DNA from: a virus | Lineage: Duplodnaviria > Caudoviricetes | Virus record (IMG/VR): IMGVR_UViG_3300037631_002605 | Coordinates: 1 to 27,186 of that record | Length of the DNA stretch: 27,186 nt | Direction: 5' to 3' (one strand) | In this document: piece after piece, positions 25,137-27,186 of the stretch | How the letters are laid out: each line of letters begins with the position of its first letter | How positions within the stretch are numbered: the first letter of the stretch is position 1 | The notes under the pieces: model-generated | What the model was told of the DNA's origin: nothing | What the model saw: the letters and a program-made list of their open reading frames with translations, nothing else | Databases searched by the model: none | Position numbers and translations under genes: made by a program

Positions 25137-25552
25137 CTTCGCTTCCTAACCTTATCCAATGCTTTGCGTATCTGCGTAGCTTCGGGTTCGTCAAAATCTG
25201 TAGCGCGAACAGTTGTCCGCTTTTTTTCTACAGCAGTAATACACTTTATCACGCACCTTCTTATTGGCAAGGCTACGAAACAAACTAAGTCTGCATCTTC
25301 GCTATTAATAATGCGCTTTGATTTGCTTCCCTTGCTGGTCATAAACTTGTAGCGCAATCCACCAGACTGGCTAACGCTGGCAGCTTTTACCTCAACGCGA
25401 TAGCTTTCATTGTCGTCATCAAATATTAGTAAGTCAAAGCCTTCATGATTTACTCGACAGCACTTTAGACCCGTCTCCTCAAAGACAGCTTCGGCTATTA
25501 ACTCTCCTACGCGACCCAGTTGATGTGCATTACGCACAGTCTGATAGCCCAC
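25133..25552 (-). CDS. PD-(D/E)XK endonuclease, 139 aa
   Basis: GRVGELIA...FDLLI...RVEVKA...DLVCFV; GTG start with AAGGA RBS. Confidence 0.75.
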   Translation of the reverse strand: MGYQTVRNAHQLGRVGELIAEAVFEETGLKCCRVNHEGFDLLIFDDDNESYRVEVKAASVSQSGGLRYKFMTSKGSKSKRIINSEDADLVCFVALPIRRCVIKCITAVEKKRTTVRATDFDEPEATQIRKALDKVRKRR

Positions 25553-25780
25553 TTACTTATCCTTTTCTTCTAGCCTGTCTAGTTTATCAAGCCTACGCTG
25601 CGTTGACTGGTTAAAGAAAGTAAAAAGTTGAGTGATTTTGGATTCGCTATCTTTCAAGCGTTCATCCATTCTATCTGTTTTGTTTTCGAGAGAAGATATA
25701 GCCCGGCTAAACCACCAAAGCATAGCCATCGCTGCGGTGAGAATAGGCCAGTAAGCAAGAAGTGTCTCGCCAAAGTTCAC
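25553..25780 (-). CDS. Single-TM coiled-coil protein (lysis accessory?), 75 aa
   Basis: LLAYWPILTAAMAMLWWF TM segment followed by a heptad-rich tail; GTG start with AAGGTGA RBS. Confidence 0.65.
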   Translation of the reverse strand: MNFGETLLAYWPILTAAMAMLWWFSRAISSLENKTDRMDERLKDSESKITQLFTFFNQSTQRRLDKLDRLEEKDK

Positions 25781-25782
25781 GG

Positions 25783-25947
25783 CTAGTCACCTTTGAAAAG
25801 CTTTTGAACCGTGTCAGTTTCCCAGATACGAATGACCCACCAGACCAGTGCAAACAAAGCGGCAACTTCGGGCAGTGCATCAAAGAACGCGCCGAGCGTT
25901 ACGCCGCCGCTTGCAAGGTCAACGGTGGATTTCATTTCGTCTGTCAT
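25783..25947 (-). CDS. Small holin-like membrane protein, 54 aa (not in the ORF track)
   Basis: Manual translation MTDEMKSTVDLASGGVTLGAFFDALPEVAALFALVWWVIRIWETDTVQKLFKGD; ATGA-coupled. Confidence 0.68.
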   Translation of the reverse strand: MTDEMKSTVDLASGGVTLGAFFDALPEVAALFALVWWVIRIWETDTVQKLFKGD

Positions 25948-26093
25948 TTCTCTTTACGCAAGTTAAGGGCCAACTTCTGAATGAAGTCATCAATCTTGGC
26001 GAGAATCTCATTGTCGCGCATAGACGGAGTTACATTAGCAATCACCGATGCGGCTGCTACAATAGCTGTAATCCAAGTAATCAGAGTTTCCAT
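25944..26093 (-). CDS. Small membrane protein, 49 aa (not in the ORF track)
   Basis: Manual translation METLITWITAIVAAASVIANVTPSMRDNEILAKIDDFIQKLALNLRKEK; GGAG RBS and TAATG-coupled. Confidence 0.68.
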   Translation of the reverse strand: METLITWITAIVAAASVIANVTPSMRDNEILAKIDDFIQKLALNLRKEK

Positions 26094-26308
26094 TATTCTG
26101 TCTCCGTCTCTTCTTCTAATGAGGCTTCAAGCAGTGACATAAATGCCTTACGTCCGACCTGAAGCTGGTCTAGGTTAAACTGGGTAGAGCCAATCTTGCG
26201 GTCAAGGTCAGTGATATGATTAATCAAAACCTTCTGGTCGTCTGTGAGTTGCTCTTCAGTGTATTCTTTGTCGTTAATCGTAATGACGTTTGTTTGTTTC
26301 TCGGTCAT
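26093..26308 (-). CDS. Hypothetical coiled-coil protein, 71 aa
   Basis: AAGGAG RBS; ITINDKEY...LTDDQK followed by a coiled coil, a type often found after tail fibre genes. Confidence 0.75.
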   Translation of the reverse strand: MTEKQTNVITINDKEYTEEQLTDDQKVLINHITDLDRKIGSTQFNLDQLQVGRKAFMSLLEASLEEETETE

Positions 26309-26329
26309 TAGTCTCTCCTTTAATTTACG

Positions 26330-26647
26330 TTACCACGGCACTCCGTCAGTAGTAACAGGGGTTTTCTGCCCAGCAATATCAGCAGCCAGAGCAGCTTCGG
26401 TTTCGTCTTTATCAACGCTTTCATGCACCCAGCCAAGCACATTAGCTTCGGTCAGGGCATCAAAAGCAATAAAGCCGTCAGCACTTGCATCAGGCGTAAA
26501 GCCTACAGTGCCATAAGAGGAAGCAGAATAGGTTACGGCATCATCGCCTTCCCCAACTGTTTCCGTTTCAGTGACGCGCCAATGTGCGACTGTTACACCG
26601 CCATCGGCAGTGTTACGCTCCAAGTTTGCGATAGTCCAGTTTGCCAT
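26330..26647 (-). CDS. Tail-fibre-associated protein, 105 aa
   Basis: WTIANLER...FIAFDALTEANVLGWV...GVPW pattern; immediately downstream of the tail fibre. Confidence 0.72.
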   Translation of the reverse strand: MANWTIANLERNTADGGVTVAHWRVTETETVGEGDDAVTYSASSYGTVGFTPDASADGFIAFDALTEANVLGWVHESVDKDETEAALAADIAGQKTPVTTDGVPW

Positions 26648-26650
26648 AAT

Positions 26651-27186
26651 TTAGTTTCCTTCAAGTGTTGCGACCCGTGCTTCCAGTGTTTCGATTTTAG
26701 CGATTGCCTCTTGCAGGGCTGCGGTCAGCAACGGCACAAGTTTGGCTTGGTCGATGCCTTGATAGTCAGGCACAGAACGTGTTCCCATAACCGCTTCAGT
26801 GACAAGCTGTTGTTCTGTGCGTTCAGCTTCAATTTCATTGCCATCATCATCCAAAACGGCAGGAACAACCACATCTTCATAAACGGCTGGCGTGACTTCA
26901 TATTCTTCATCACGCATTGCATCCTTCTCGCCAGTGATTGCTTCAGGAACAACTGTCTGCGCTTCGTGTGCAAGAAAGCCATCGACAGTTTTGTCAGGGT
27001 CTGAAATAAAATTGAAACGTGATGGATTGAGTTGCTTAACACGCTCAATGCCATTTGTAATGCCAGTGACGTTTTCTTTTAGGCGATGGTCTGATGTGGT
27101 GTTGTAAGATGTAGATGAGCCACTTGTTTTTATTGCGCCAACAAAAGCACGGTTGCCAAAACTTCCGTTATAAAAATTATGATGGC
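26651..27186 (-). CDS. Tail fibre/spike C-terminus with peptidase S74 intramolecular chaperone (5' partial)
   Basis: Frame is open to the window edge: ...YNTTSDHRLKEN...GFLAHEAQTVVPEAITG...YQGIDQAKLVPLLTAALQEAIAKIETLEARV. Confidence 0.92.
   Translation of the reverse strand, partial: HHNFYNGSFGNRAFVGAIKTSGSSTSYNTTSDHRLKENVTGITNGIERVKQLNPSRFNFISDPDKTVDGFLAHEAQTVVPEAITGEKDAMRDEEYEVTPAVYEDVVVPAVLDDDGNEIEAERTEQQLVTEAVMGTRSVPDYQGIDQAKLVPLLTAALQEAIAKIETLEARVATLEGN

Noticed and set aside
1-27186. tRNA, rRNA, CRISPR array, DGR/retron reverse transcriptase or alternative genetic code
   Set aside because: No cloverleaf, regularly spaced repeats or RT motifs were seen by eye. Genes tile densely under the standard code and all three stop codons are used.

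Overview
This window is a large part of a tailed dsDNA phage genome of podovirus type, probably marine with an alphaproteobacterial host (host is inference). It has three blocks. (1) 11-17533, minus strand: terS, a cluster of small mostly basic ORFs, terL, portal, scaffold, major capsid, tail tubular proteins A/B and three internal virion proteins. (2) About 17805-24101, plus strand: an early/DNA-metabolism arm with small ORFs, a Holliday junction resolvase, a DnaA domain-IV protein, a Dcm-like methyltransferase, YqaJ exonuclease, a Rad52/Sak-like annealase, an SSB-like protein and an excisionase-like HTH. I recognise no DNA/RNA polymerase, primase, helicase or integrase in it. (3) 24098-27186, minus strand: tail fibre C-terminus (S74 chaperone) and a lysis cassette. 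The most striking observation is that the M15 endolysin has no well-placed start codon and sits in the -1 frame directly behind an A_AAA_AAG slippery heptamer at the last two codons of the holin-like gene. This suggests a programmed frameshift giving a holin-endolysin fusion. All family assignments are from motif recognition by eye; no database search was run.
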